From NCBI GenBank assembly GCA_016748015.1, contig JAAOMT010000531.1, positions 1 through 64,000 on the forward strand: a DNA stretch of 64,000 nt, in the 5' to 3' direction. The position numbers and the translations under genes were made by a program. Positions 12,661 to 26,700 of the stretch are shown here, piece after piece. The notes under the pieces were generated by a model that was given only the letters and a program-made list of their open reading frames with translations, ran no database searches and was not told the DNA's origin. Source of the stretch: Geosiphon pyriformis uo1. Taxonomy: Eukaryota; Fungi; Glomeromycota. Every line of letters starts with the position of its first letter. Position 1 is the first letter of the stretch.

Positions 12661-14230
12661 TTTAAACTGGTAGGTGCATCTCCAAAGGGTGAGAGTACAA
12701 GCCAACCAGAAGAAAACCCCTTTTACTTTTTTAACCTAACTGATAATGACCATGATATGGATGAACTGGCAATCAATACCTCTGACTTAACAAGAAAGAA
12801 AAAAAAAGCCAAGGTTGATTTCGTTCTAGATCCCAACAAAGTCTCAACTTCCACTGCTAACAACAATGAGCCACCAAAGGCTAAAGTTTTTAAAAATCTT
12901 TCAAAGTTGAAACCTCCAGAAATAGTACAAAAATCTGGCCCCTATTCTGTTGTTAAAGATCTTATGAAAATCCCAGCATACATTACATTTGGCCAACTAA
13001 TGACCAAGTGGCTGGCTACTTTATTGATTTGATTCTAGACAGTGGATCATCTGTTAGTGTAATTGCCAAACACTTTCTGGAATCCATTGGAAGAAAATTT
13101 GATGAACCTTCTATCCAGCCTATGACCAATGTACATGATAACAAAAAGAAAAGTCTGGGTATAGCCAAAGCTGTTTCTGTTTGCATCAATGATATCAGCA
13201 TCAAAACAGACATGGAAGTATCTGAAGCAAATGAGTATACTATCATTGTTGGTAATGAGTGGCTTAAGAAAGCCAAAGCACTACTTGACTATGAACTTTG
13301 CAAGCTAACCATTAGATGTGGTGAAAAACCCATTGTGGTTAAATGCCATCATTGAACAACTTCCCCAGTAACCAAACAGAACCAAGAAGAAGAACAATCA
13401 GATAAATCAGATGATGATGAGAGCGATGATGAAAAAGATCAAAAAGAACAAGAAGAAACTGCTGAACTTGCCTATACCATCCTTATTAGCAATGGCAAAC
13501 CACTGGACAATGTTAAAGCTGACAAAAAAAAAATCATGGTAAATGGCAAGCTGATCTGCTGGCCCTACTATGATATCCTCAGAAGAACCTTTGATAGAAA
13601 ACCTGGCAAGAAAGCCAAATACAGTTATTAATGACATGGTTCTTGTGCCAGGTACTGGTGTGATAAACCTTTGTATTCCCCTAGTGATAAATGCAAGTTC
13701 TGCCTAATCTATTACAAAGATTGGGAGCCAATTAGTTTGATATCCAGAGAAGAACTAAAAGAAGTACAAATGTTTTTTAAGAGTGAACCACCTGAAATCC
13801 AATCACTAGTTGTAGAACAAAGAGAATCTTCCCCTAAAGAAAAAAAAATGGATATTGAAAATCTGTTGGCTAGGAATAGCCCAGTTATTTCAAAAGAAGG
13901 TGACACCCCTGGACAAACCCATGTGATACAACACACCATTGCTACCAAAGAAACTCACCCCATCCATTTGAAGCCTTATCAATCCAATCGACACAATGAT
14001 AAGTTTATCAAGAAAGAGATAAACCAGATGAAAGATCTTGGATTCATACAAGAAACCAAGAGTGAATGGGCTTTCCCAATTATAGTGGTATCCAAGAAAG
14101 GTGAAACCCTATGCTTCTGTGTTGACTACCACTAATTAAATGCCATTACTGTAAGAGACATGTACCGACTTCCCAAAATTGATGCAATGCTAGATAAATT
14201 CAATGGTGCTGCTTTCTTCTCAACCATTGA
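12661..14230 (+). pseudogene. pol: Gypsy pol 5' part of G1 (protease, spacer, start of RT)
   Basis: TTTAAAC site, LILDSGSS, FCVDY; ends at the LINE poly(T). Confidence 0.9.
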
Positions 14231-14379
14231 TTTTTTTTTTTTTTTGTTAATGTATAGTCACACTGGTTTTTTATTAGTTTTGTCCCACCTGAAGGTATGG
14301 CATTTTCATAAAGCCAACTCACCCAATAATCTAAATTACAAGATGTGACTAACCACTAAGTGGTTAAGCCTAACTACAC
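14231..14379 (-). other. LINE 3' UTR: predicted multibranch RNA plus poly(A)
   Basis: GTGTAGTTA..TGACTATAC closing stem and three hairpins; homologous to the tails of all ORF1-only elements. Confidence 0.75.
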
Positions 14380-17300
14380 ACTAGTATAACCAGAAAACCT
14401 AAGGGGTATCACACTATCACATAAATTAAATCTACCACATAAACCCTCTTTAAGTATCTTATTACAACCTGTGAATCCATCACCAATTTTAACTCTGGTT
14501 TTGCCACTATTACTATTACTACACCTTACTTTTTTATGTATGTCAGACACATCTGGTATGCTTCTCTTGGCAATGTTCTTGCTTGGGCCACCACCCATTT
14601 ACACACCTTAATTAATATATTATTGTTAGTTTTCTGATCAATGTCAGCAAAAGCATTGATTCTTCCAAATTGCTTATTGATTAATCTTTTGCATAACAGA
14701 TCTATGTTGGATGTTGACTTGATGTATTCATTAGACAGGACAACTCTTTTAGCATGGTCAGAAGCTTTATGTTTTCTTCCTACAGCTTTTGACAAGCACT
14801 GTATCCACTCTTTTCTTACATCATCTATTAGTGTTTTGCCCCTTTGAGTACTTAGAGAGCATTCTCAGAAGTGTCAGTTGGTTTCAACTTTCATGTGATA
14901 TACTTTGCAAAGGTTGTTCAAATACACAAGAAGACGTCTGTTGTATAGCACCTCTGCTGTTAAAAGCATGTTGTGAAATAATTTCATGATAAATGTTCTT
15001 ATTGCTGAGGAACCAGCTGAGGTGAAGCCTGAAAACATTTTACCATCCCAGTTCCAAACTTTGGTTGTGCACTTCCAGTCTATTTCTTGGTCTAAGAACC
15101 CTAATGTTTTACATACTTTGCTGTTGCTCAATCAATCCAAAGCTGCCTGAAGCCCAGTCTGTTGGCCTAGAAAATGTCTAATGTCCAAATCCAATTCCAC
15201 ACCTTCACAAAGGGGAACGTAGCTAATGTTCTTATTGTTGTAGGCCCACCCCATTGTGTCTAAAACAGTAGCTTCTTTGGCAAGTTTGTCAGCCATCTCA
15301 TTCTCAGTTAAACCAGTGTGTGCAGTCACTTTGTTTATGGTAAGATCAATTTTTTTTTCTCTTATCACATTTTTGATTGCATTCTATGTGCACCAGTTAG
15401 AAGTTTTGAGCTAATTCCTAACAGACAGAGGAGAATTTCTGGTCAACCACTTCTGAGCTGTTGATACCACTGCTTGGCTATCCATGTTTAATGTCAGTTT
15501 ACATTTGTAAGGGACAGCTTCCAAAGTCAATAGTACAGCTTTTGCCTCAGTTTTTGTTGATGATAGTATTCTGTCAACTGCTATGCCAAAGTTGGCATCA
15601 ATTCCATGTGTCACAAAGGCAGCTGCTCCTCTAGCATCATTAGACCCAGCTTTTATCAGTGAGCCATCAGTTGATATTTCTATTTCCTTTCTGAGCCTTA
15701 ACTTTTCTCGCACGCTCCTCCATTGTGATATTAAAGTTTCTGGAATATGGATGTGAATAGAGTCTCTTTGCATCATTTCCAGATCATCTGGTATTTGATT
15801 ATCAATTTTGTGCATCTCCAATATTTCACATTGGACTATGTCAATGTTTCTGTGTTTATCCATGATGATTGTAGACTCTAATCTCTTAAACCAATTGGGT
15901 ATTCTACTACTGTTACTTTGTCTGTATCTTCTTGTGAATTCCATTTATGTCATTAATAATCCATCCCTGTTCTGCACTTGATGCAAATACAAAATGTTCT
16001 CCTTCCTTAGTAAGCCCCTAATTTTGGTGTAGATTGCACATGAAGCTATAACAGTCTCAATTAAGTGTGCTTGTGTTCTTGAAGATTCAGGTATTCCATT
16101 CGTGTTACCAGAACTTTTGAGTGAGATGCCTTTTTTCCTCATAATTTGCATAATATTGGTTATAAAATTAACCTCTGGCTTAGATTGTTCATTAGTGGAA
16201 TATTCAAGTACATTATAGACTGATCATCTCTGTGTCTGTAAGTTGGCTAGTCTGATTTTGGTAGCCATTCCAGCAATATCATTACTGTTTAATCTAACCA
16301 ACAAATCTGTAATCTTGCTTTTCGCTTGTATATCATCAATCTTGAACAAGTTGTACAAAGATGAATGATGCATGGCACTGGTTAGGAAATCTACTGAAAG
16401 TTTTGCCTTTTTCTTTACAGTGGCTGAGATCTTTGAAGTCCATCTTCTGGCCCAACTATTTGGAATATGGGTCAATTGAGATCTAAATTCTATTGCCGGA
16501 CTGAGTACACTGTTGAAAATATAGATCACCTGCTTTTCAGTAATGTGTTTCTTCCTAATAACTCCACACACTGCCTCAATGTCAGATCCAATCATTTTCA
16601 GTACAGTTTTATTTTTCTCATCAGCTCTGATCCACACCCCCAAATATCTGGTACATGTAGACAGATCCAGCAGCTTCAGAGTTTGTTTGTTTGGCCCAAA
16701 TTTTAGTGGCTCAACTGTCACTGATTTTTTTTTAGAGGATCTGACCACTATTGTTTCAGTCTTATCCAAGTTGATCTCAATATCTACCATTCTAAAGAAG
16801 GAGCTGGCTGTGTCCAGAATACTCTGCATTCCCTGTCTTGAGTTTGCTATTCACACTGTGTCATCTACAAAGGCAAGATGGTTTACTGATACCAACAGAT
16901 ATTGTGTGTCTGTTTGATTGTCCCACTTTTTCCACTCAGCTGTCAGTTTGTACCCTTGGCTATGATTGGCCTCTTTTACCTCACACAGTAAGGAGTCATA
17001 AAAAATCCTCCACATAATGGGTGAACTTGTTTCCCCCTGATCTAGCCCATCCTGTACTTGATATTCATCACTCAATCCAAACTTGGTTATGATTCTATTA
17101 TTTCTGTTGTTATGCATCAAGCCAAACAGCTTAGTAAACCTATTGTTCATCTTGATTCTCTTCAGTGCAGCTTCTATGGGTTTTCAACCAATTGAATCAT
17201 ATGCTTTTTTCATGTCCTGAAATGTGAACCAAGCCTCATTACCAAATTCTCTTGCATGCTCAGCTACAGTATTAATCACATGAATTGGCACAGCTGTAGA

Positions 17301-18979
17301 GATATTCTTCAAAACTGAGGTGTTGTAATTTTTTAAGACATTGTGTAGCTCACATGCTTTTGATATTCTTGCAGTTAGAATCTTTGTTAAGATTTTTCTG
17401 GTACTTTCAATAAGTGTGATCAGCCTGGTGATGTCAATATTGCCACTCCATTTTTTTGGCTTTGGAATCAGTATGACTTGTGCTATCCTCCACTCCTTTG
17501 GCATGTTTGCCAGTTCTATGCATGTATTAAGCAATGTTCTCAGTTTGGACTTGGTGTTAGGTCCAGCTTTCCTCCAGAGTTCAGCTTAAATGCCTGATGG
17601 GCCAGGGGCTTTGTTGAGAGGTGTGTGGCTCAATATGTGTTCAAATTCCTCATTTGTTATTTCAGTCATTACACCATCAAAGGCATGGTCTGGGATGCTC
17701 TCAATTGGCTTAAACCTGTTTTCCCAACTTTTTCATAGCTCAGGTTCAAGAATTCTTGTTCTAGTCCAATCTTGAGCTTTTTTGTTTACCAGCTTTTTGA
17801 TTTCATTAGGATCATCATGAAACTTGCCTTTTTCAATAACATGGTCCAGTACTATTTTTTGTCTTTTTCTGTTCAAAATGCTTTTGATCATTGCTCCTTT
17901 GTTTAGTTCAAAGTTTTGTTGTCTTTTGATGATATTGTCCACTATCTGTCTCTGCTGTTGTAGCCTGATCCTAGCATGCAGTGTTGATTTTTATTTTTTC
18001 TTAATGCTGATTAATTCTGTAATAAGCTTTTCTTTTGGGAGAGTCATCAGATATGCAGTTACTGCATCAGGTTTTAGCTGTTTCTATTTAGCCAACATCT
18101 GCATAACATTGTTATCATGCATATCTGCATTGTTTACTCTTATATGTTTGATTATATCAGTGTCAATCTTAACAAGTTTGTGATCCATACATTCTTTCTT
18201 TGTATGTGCAAATCGGGCTTCCACCTTTCTTTTTGGTTGGCATTCAGCAGCTTGTAACACAGTTCTCTTGATTGTAAACCACATCTGGTTTAGATCATCA
18301 TTGCAATTATTTACTGATTTTCTTTGTGCTTCATCTGTTAATCGATCAGTTTCTCTTGCATAGATCTCCCATTGTGCTCCAGATGCTTTTTTAACATCAA
18401 TCAAAGTTGTGCTACTTTTCTTTCTTCCAGATCTAGATTTCTTAGTGCCTGCCAAGATTCTGTCAGATTGGAACATTGTTACTACTGCTTTGTGATCAGT
18501 GCTAAATGATTCATTAACATCAACCACCCCAATATTTGTAATCATTGAGGCTGTAACTGCATCAGTAAACACATAGTTTAATCTTCTTTGTACTCCATTT
18601 GATGCCCATGTTTTCTTTGGATTGTTTGTTGCATAAGCTCCATGTGTCTTCACCAAATTCATATGTTGTAATGTTGTAGCAGTAGGACAGGCTTTGACTT
18701 TGTTTGTAGCAAATGTTTCTTCAAGTGAATTGGATATCAGATCTTCATTCAAATCGCCTGCAACTATAATCAACTCTTTGTTTTACACAATGTCTCCCAA
18801 AAGTCTCCTGATCTCCTTAGCTACAGCCTTCTCAGTAGGTGATTTGGAAGCAGGCATGTACAACCCTACTATATACACACTGATTCTACCACTAAATTTT
18901 AACACCAAATGTAACAGCCTCCCATGATATCTCTTGATTGTTTCCACATGGTGCATTCAACATTTTTTTACCATTATAC
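14374..18979 (-). pseudogene. LINE ORF2 (APE endonuclease, RT, RNase H, Cys-rich C-terminus)
   Basis: GDLNE / RLNYVF / TDHKAV (APE); LIPKPK, DMKKAYDS, GLDQG, LAFVDD, RYLGVWI (RT); STDGS, MDSQ, KVTAHTG..NEMADKLAK (RNase H); ends GYTSV*. Confidence 0.95.
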
Positions 18980-19656
18980 TGTTACAGTTGAAACTCATAG
19001 TTTTTATTAGTTATCACATGTATTAGCCACTGATGTCATATAATTAGCCACCCTATTTTTAAATAGTGATCATTGACCTGATCAATGACCTGACTGTTGA
19101 CCTGATCATTGACCTGATCATTGACCACTTTTGATAGCTATATAAGCAATAAATCTTTTAACTGTAGAAAAGCATATAATAACAAGCATCTGAATAATCA
19201 AGAATAAATAAAATAACAACTTTCATCTCAATCCTTCTCTTATCACTAATTTCCCTTTCCCTACCTTCAAGTATCTGAACATCTTAAAGATAAAAGATTA
19301 CTTGTTGGCCTTTTCCTGATGTATATAATTGTAGCATTTGAAGATTATTTGAATAAACATGACTGAAAAGCACAAGTTGATACTTGATATTGAATTCTAA
19401 GAGTGCCAATGTAAGACATAGGATTATACCAGTGGTAATCAATTGTTGACAGTATGGACTATCCCTCTATCTTCAGATTCCCCAGTTACCTTTGAAAAGA
19501 ATAGCGACTGAGATATTTTATGAGACTGATCTCACACATTGAATCTATACTCATTCAATTTGCTCTTTAAAGTTGAATTCCCCTTTGATTATTTCCATCA
19601 CCCTACAATCCTGTTTTCTCTTGCTATCTGTTAGCTTGTTACTCCAACCCGTAACA
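18980..19656 (+). repeat. 5' LTR of G3
   Basis: TGTTACAG..CCGTAACA, followed by the PBS. Confidence 0.93.
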
Positions 19657-22235
19657 TAAAAGTGGTGCTCCCTGTGAGGTTGTCAAAATCTACTTTGTTT
19701 CCTATTGTATGAGTGATTATTCATACCTGCCACAATAATCAAAAGAACACTTTGAAGCACATAACAAAAACAATCTAGACTTTATTGAACTCAATCCCTT
19801 GCCCTCCTGCTTGATTTGCTTCCCCATTAAAGAACAATCCAGCAGACAATTCCAAGACTTTTGGAACTGGTTCCTGAACAAGCATTCAGCTGAAACCTAC
19901 ACAGCTTAGACAATCTATTACTTTGACCAAGCTTATTTTGAAGACAACTTTGAAGAAAGAAACAACAGTATCAATCAGCTCTTATATTCTACAACCTTTG
20001 AACAACAGCTCCCTGATTCTGAATATCTGAATCATCAAATCCACATTTGGATTGCTGCCCATCAAGCAACTGAAACTCCCTTTGAAACAGAAGAAGAAAG
20101 CTACCAAACCACTACTGTTTTTGATCTCTTTTCAAGTGAATCAGAACACTCAACACAAACAGTTACACCTGAACCAATGGCTCAAGACCCTTTGCAACAA
20201 AACATTCTGATCACCCTCCAAGGTATACAGACTGCTCTAGGGCGAAGAAACAACACCCCATTACCATTATTCAGAGGCGATGCACAAGATCCAATTGAAT
20301 GGCTGGATGATTTTGAGAGAGAAGCCACAAAAAACTAAAAAATAGAAAAAACTCTTTCTCTCCTAAATTTCATGACCACAAATAGAGTTAAGAGTAAAAA
20401 AGTTGCAAACATTACTTTTCCTATAGTAACTAATAAAGTTTCAACACGAGAGGGTTTTTCTGTTATTGAAGCAGCTAGACAAAATGTTCTGGCAACATTT
20501 TCTTTAAAAAATAATAGTAATAAGCTGCCTTTAGTGGCTTCTGGTTCATTTTCTTCTCCTTTGGCTGGAAGTTCTTCTCCAGTCAAAGTCCCTTCAAAAA
20601 GGCACACTTGGGTTAGTCCTAGTGTTGTCTCTACCACTTCAAAGAGCCTAAAGATTTTTAATAACAGACCAGTCAACAAGTTGGTCTTTCCTGCTCTCAC
20701 CACTCCCACTACTACTTCTACTACTACTGCTTCACAAATGGCCGCAAAAGCAAAAAATCCCAAAAAACAGCAGCAGGCAGTCACAACTGCTATGGTCACA
20801 CCGAACTCCTTTGTGGTTCCAGATGAGATCTTCAGTAAGATCTCCACAGCAGCAGCCAGTCCTATTCCTGATATGGATGGCAACAGCAGTGGCACATCTC
20901 CCAAGATGGGCCAAGATCAACCACTAGCTGTGTTGCCTGATGTGGTACTCTTCGGCAGATCATCACCAATCCCAGTAGCAAACAGTCCATCAATCCAGAT
21001 GATCTCAAAGATTGGGCTGATCAGATGGAAATGGAATCAACTGTTCCCCCCCAGTTTCTGGTGCATCTGATGCTGGTGCTTGGGTGAATGTAAATGGACG
21101 TCAAAGGTTCTCTGGTTGGGTGGCCTCCAATCTTGTACCTGATGCTATGTTTAAGATCAAAATGGCTTTGCTCAGTTCTTTGTTTCAGTTGCTGCCTGGT
21201 TGTATTGGGCTTAAATTGGTTTCACGAGATGCTGTCAAGTTGTTCTGTGTGGAATTTGCATCTCAGGAGTGTCTAAATGGTGCTACCAAGATGGCCATTG
21301 GTGATGAGGTTTTTTTGACCACTCTTAAGATTGCACAGTCTTCAGGAGTGGCCTCTGTTTCTTCCCCTTCTTTGTCAGTTGCACTGTGCAATGTATCCTT
21401 GGGTGCCTCTTCTGATGACATCAAATCTGCTCTTGGCATTTTTGGTGTTGTCACTTCTGTTAAGTTGAAGCCTGCTGGCTTATGGCAATATGCTGTGGTT
21501 AATTTTAAGGACACTTCTTTTGCTGCTGCTGCTCTCTCTAACTGGTCTGTGTTGGTCAAAAAAGATGTTAGAATTCTTCCCATTGCCAACCAAAAGGAGG
21601 TTATCTCCTCATGAGATGTTTTCCATTTGGCTGCACTGCATTTGAGATAAGTGATCTGGTCTCCCAAGTTGGTGGCCATACGTGTTTCATTCCCCGCTCC
21701 CCTGATTCCTATTGTTATGGATGAAACACATAGTTTTTATTAATTATCACATGTATTAGCCACTGATGTCATATAATTAGCCACCCTATTTTTAGATAGT
21801 GATTGTTGACCTGATCAATGACCTGACCATTGACCTGATCATTGACCTGATTGTTGACCTGGTCATTGACCACTTTAGATAGCTATATAAGCAATGATTC
21901 CCTTAGCTGTAGAAAGATATGATCAAAGTAATGAAATAAACAATATTAATTACTTCCTCTCATAATCGCTTATTCCCCTTTCCTTACCTTCAAGTATCTA
22001 CTTGTTGGCATTCACATACCTTATCTTTTCCCCTTCTTGATTTGTATTTGTTAGAATTAGCCTGAGAAGCAATTGGCTTGCTCTTGTAATTCATTGAATA
22101 AAAAAATGATTGAAAAGTACAATGATACCTGTTATTGATTCTAAGAATTGCCGAGTTGAGGCATAAAATAATAGCAGCGGTGTTATCTTGTTGACAATTA
22201 TGGACTATTCCTCTACCTTCAGATTTAAGAAAAGA

Positions 22236-22573
22236 NNNNNNNNNNNNNNNNNNNNNNNNNNNNNNNNNNNNNNNNNNNNNNNNNNNNNNNNNNNNNNNNN
22301 NNNNNNNNNNNNNNNNNNNNNNNNNNNNNNNNNNNNNNNNNNNNNNNNNNNNNNNNNNNNNNNNNNNNNNNNNNNNNNNNNNNNNNNNNNNNNNNNNNNN
22401 NNNNNNNNNNNNNNNNNNNNNNNNNNNNNNNNNNNNNNNNNNNNNNNNNNNNNNNNNNNNNNNNNNNNNNNNNNNNNNNNNNNNNNNNNNNNNNNNNNNN
22501 NNNNNNNNNNNNNNNNNNNNNNNNNNNNNNNNNNNNNNNNNNNNNNNNNNNNNNNNNNNNNNNNNNNNNNNNN
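22236..22573. other. Assembly gap
   Basis: Run of N. Confidence 1.
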
Positions 22574-23769
22574 CAACTGAAACTCCCTTTGAAACAGAAG
22601 AAGAAAGCTACCAAACTGCCCCTGTTTTTGATCTTTTATCAAGCGAATCAGACTTGTCTACACAAACAGCTACTCCTGAACCAATGGCTAATGACCCCAT
22701 GCAAGCAAACATTCTGGCCGCCCTCCAAGGTATACAAACTGCTCTAGGGCGAAGAAACAACACCCCAATACCATTATTTAGAGGTGATGCACAAGATTCA
22801 ATTGAATGGTTGGATGACTTTGAAAGAGCCACTACAGCCAATCAATATGATGATGAGTACAAGTTCCAAATTGTTGGTGGCTACTTTCAAGGATCCCCTG
22901 CTACCTGGTTCTCACAAGAAACAGATGCCAATGCCAAGCAAAGAATCATTAGATGGACACCAGCAAATGTGGGAGAAATCAATACTTTTTTCACTATCCA
23001 GTTTGAAAACAAGTTCAGAACCCCAATATTAATATCAAAATGGCGTATGGAATTGGAAAGAAGAACCCAAGGTCCCGGTGAAGTTGTAACCGAATACACC
23101 AAAGCAATCAGAAAGTTAATCAAATGAGTAGACACTGGAAGAAATTGGACAGAAGAGCAGAAAATTTACTCCTTCACAAAAAGATTGAGAACTGATCTAT
23201 CGTATGCTCTTTGGCCCCTCCTGGCCCTGAAAGATAATCCCACCATGGATATGGCCATTGAATTAGCACAAAGAATTGAAGACAACCAAAGGATGCACTT
23301 GGGATCCACACTACCAGTTTTTGCTCCTGTTCCTGTCATGGCTCCTGCCCCTCAAATGGCTGCTACTTCTTTTGCCACTCACACTCAAGATCCAAATGAA
23401 CAGTTAATAGACAGACTCACAGTAAATTTTGCTCAGTTATTAGAACCCTTAGCCCAAGCAGTCAGAGAAAATCAGCAACCACAAAGACCCAGATTTGAAC
23501 CACGCTTCAATCAGCCCCAGCAACCACCTTATCAAAGACAACAAAATCATGGCCCACCTGTATGCTATCACTGTGGATTAACTGGACACTTTTTAAGAGA
23601 TTGCAACAATCTTCCACTGCCTCCACCAGTCCCCAGAAACAATGATGCTCAAAACAACAGGATCAACAACAACAATGTGCCCAACCAAAGACCCAATCAT
23701 GCCAACATCAATTTCTTTGAAGAGGATCCCCTAGTTGAAGCCACTGTTTATTAGTCTTTAAACTGGTAG
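22574..23769 (+). pseudogene. gag: Gypsy gag of G4 (5' end lies in the gap)
   Basis: Capsid-like region and CYHCGLTGHFLRDC knuckle. Confidence 0.9.
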
Positions 23770-26700
23770 GCGCATCTCCAAAGGGTGAGAGTGCAAGCCA
23801 ACCAGAAGAAAACCTCTTTTACACTTTTAACTTAACTGATGATGACCATGACATGGATGAATTAGCAATCAACCCCTCTGAATCCACAAGAAAGAAGAAG
23901 AAAGCCAAAGTTGATTTTGTTCTAGACCCCAATAAAGCTTCTACATCAACTGCTGAAAACAATGAGCCCCCAAAAGCTAAAGTTTTCAAGAACCCTCCAA
24001 AATTGGAACCCCCAGAAATAGTACAAAAATCCGGTCTCTATTCTGTTGTCAAAGACCTTATAGAAACCCCAGCACATATAACCTTTGGCCAATTGATGAC
24101 CCATCCACAATTCAGAAAAGATCTTTGCAAATCCCTGATTCCAAAAAAAAAGACACCCAAAACCAACAAACACTCTCACCAAGCTGAACTTGCTGACAAT
24201 AGCAATGTTACTCCTCTAATTTGTAAAGCCCAAGTGGCTGGCTACTTCATCGATTTGATCCTAGACAGTGGATCATCTGTTAGTGTTATTGCCAAACACT
24301 TTCTTGAAGCAATTGGCAGAAAAATTGATGAACCATCCACACGACCAATGACCAATGTACATGGTGATAAAAAAAAAGGGCTTGGCATAGCCAAAGCTAT
24401 TCCTGTTCGCATCAATGGCATCAGCATTGAAACTGATATGGAAGTGTCCAAAGCAAAAGAATACACCATCATTGTTGGTAATGAATGGCTCAAGAAAGCA
24501 AAGGCTTTGCTTGATTATGAACTCTGTGAACTAACCATCAGATGTGGTGAAAAACCCATTGTGGTTAAGTGTCACAATTGGACAACTCTCCCAGTACCTA
24601 AGCAGATGAATCAGATGATGGAAAAAAAAAGAACAAGAAGAACAAAAAGAAACTGCTGAACTCGCCTATACCATCTTCATCAGCAATGGCAAACCACTGA
24701 ATAATGTCAAGGCAGATAAAGAAAAAATCATTGTCAATGGCAAGCTGATCTGCTGGCCTTATTATGACATGCTCAGAAAAACCTTTGACAGAAAGCCAGG
24801 CAAGAAAGCCAAATACAGTTATTGGTGGCATGGTCCTTGTGCCTGGTGCTGGTGCAACAAACTATTGTACTCTCCTAGCGATGAATGCATGTCCTGCCTG
24901 ATCTATTACAAAGATTGGGAACCAATCAGCTTGATACCTTGAGAAGAAATAAAAGAAGTCCAAAAGTCTTTTGAAAACGAACCACCTGAAATCCAATTAC
25001 TGGTTGTAGAACAAAGAGAACCCTTTCCCGAAGAAAGAAAAGTAGACATTGAAAATCTGCTGGCTAGAAACAGCCCAGTTATCTCAAAAGAAGGTGAACC
25101 TNNNNNNNNNNNNNNNNNNNNNNNNNNNNNNNNNNNNNNNNNNNNNNNNNNNNNNNNNNNNNNNNNNNNNNNNNNNNNNNNNNNNNNNNNNNNNNNNNNN
25201 NNNNNNNNNNNNNNNNNNNNNNNNNNNNNNNNNNNNNNNNNNNNNNNNNNNNNNNNNNNNNNNNNNNNNNNNNNNNNNNNNNNNNNNNNNNNNNNNNNNN
25301 NNNNNNNNNNNNNNNNNNNNNNNNNNNNNNNNNNNNNNNNNNNNNNNNNNNNNNNNNNNNNNNNNNNNNNNNNNNNNNNNNNNNNNNNNNNNNNNNNNNN
25401 NNNNNNNNNNNNNNNNNNNNNNNNNNNNNNNNNNNNNNNNNNNNNNNNNNNNNNNNNNNNNNNNNNNNNNNNNNNNTGATCCAGCCAAAATTGAAAAAGT
25501 TCAAAACATTAGACAACCAATGAATGTTCATAAACTATGCTTTTTTCTTGGTTTGGCCTCTTATTATCGCAAGTTTGTCAAGGATTTCTCCAAAATCGCT
25601 GCTCTTCTCAATCAGCTACTTAGGAAAAACATCAATTATCACTGAGGCACTCATCAACAAAAAGCATTTGAAATTCTGAAGGAAAAACTGGTTACAGAAC
25701 CCATCCTCATGCAACCTAATTTGGATCAATCTTTTATCCTCCACACTGATGCATCTGGCTATGGACTTGGTGCTGTTCTTTCCCAAAAAAATGAAGATAA
25801 CAGAGAACATGCCATAGCATATGCCAGTAGAACTCCTACACCAGCAGAAAAGAACTACTTAGTCATTGAGCAAGAATGCTTAGCAGTAGTTTGGGCTACC
25901 AGCTACTGAGACAAATATCTTAAGGGTGTGAAATTTTTGGTGATAACAGATCACCAAGCTTTGGTTTGGCTATGCAACAAAAAAAACCTGGAACATAAAT
26001 GGATAACTCGCTGGATACTTCACTTGGACGAATTTGACTATGACATTCAACACCACAAAGGAGCTAATCATCAAAATGCCGATGCTCTCTCCAGACTTAC
26101 CATTCAGTAATAGTAAAACCCTCTCAAACCAAACCAACTTAATTATTTGTAACTCCTCCACAAACAAACATGATAATGGACTTGAACAACTACTCTGCTT
26201 TAATGAAATTTTTTGGTAAAGGACAATACCTGCCGAACTATACTCAACAGCAAAGAGAACATTTGCACAAACAATCAAATTTCTATTTGATTCGCAAGAA
26301 CCAGTTATATAAAAGAAATAGAAAAGATCCTGACCGCCCCCAGAGAGTCATTAGATTTGAAGAAAGAGAAATTGTGATCTACAATATGCACACTGATCCA
26401 TTAGCTGGACACTTTGGAAAAACAAAAACAATTCAGAAAACTTTAACTCACTATTATTGGCCTACCTTAGGAAAAGACATTGCTGAATACATCAAAACCT
26501 GTGATATCTGCCAAAGAAGAAGAAAACCCAATCGCAAGGAAGATATCCATCCAATCTCTGTTGGTCAACCATTTGATAGAATTGGTATAGATGTTGTTGG
26601 ACCATTAACAGTAACTCCTGATGGCAACAGATACATTATCACAGCTACCGACTATCTTACAAAATGGGTAGAAGCAAGAGCCACCCCAGATCAAACAGCA

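Larger units (their letters stand above)
13..14230 (+). mobile_element. Ty3/Gypsy LTR retrotransposon copy G1; interrupted by H1 (1326-4212) and G2 (5135-12644), truncated in RT by a LINE
   Basis: LTR ending CCGTAACA at 635, PBS, gag pieces 688-1307 and 4228-5134 (CYHCGLTGHFSRDC knuckle), pol piece 12661-14230 (LILDSGSS protease, start of RT). The pieces rejoin exactly across the TSDs. Confidence 0.9.
14231..18979 (-). mobile_element. LINE copy L1: 3' 4.7 kb with poly(A), cut in the APE domain by Gypsy G3
   Basis: Poly(T) 14231-14245 on +, 3' UTR, ORF2 domains. Confidence 0.95.

Noticed and set aside
20335-20904. Recurrent hydrophobic antisense ORF (MGDVPLLL..) over the N-terminus of the ORF1-only gene; also at 1453, 47301, 54728 and 58891
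   Set aside because: Non-ATG start, ends vary and run into flanks, and its composition simply mirrors the sense Thr/Gln/Ala codons; treated as a shadow ORF
23746-23783. 38-nt GT..AG intron that would fuse gag and pol in frame
   Set aside because: Very short and poor donor (GTTTAT; GTCTAT in another copy); the invariant slippery heptamer explains the junction better, though splicing is not formally excluded
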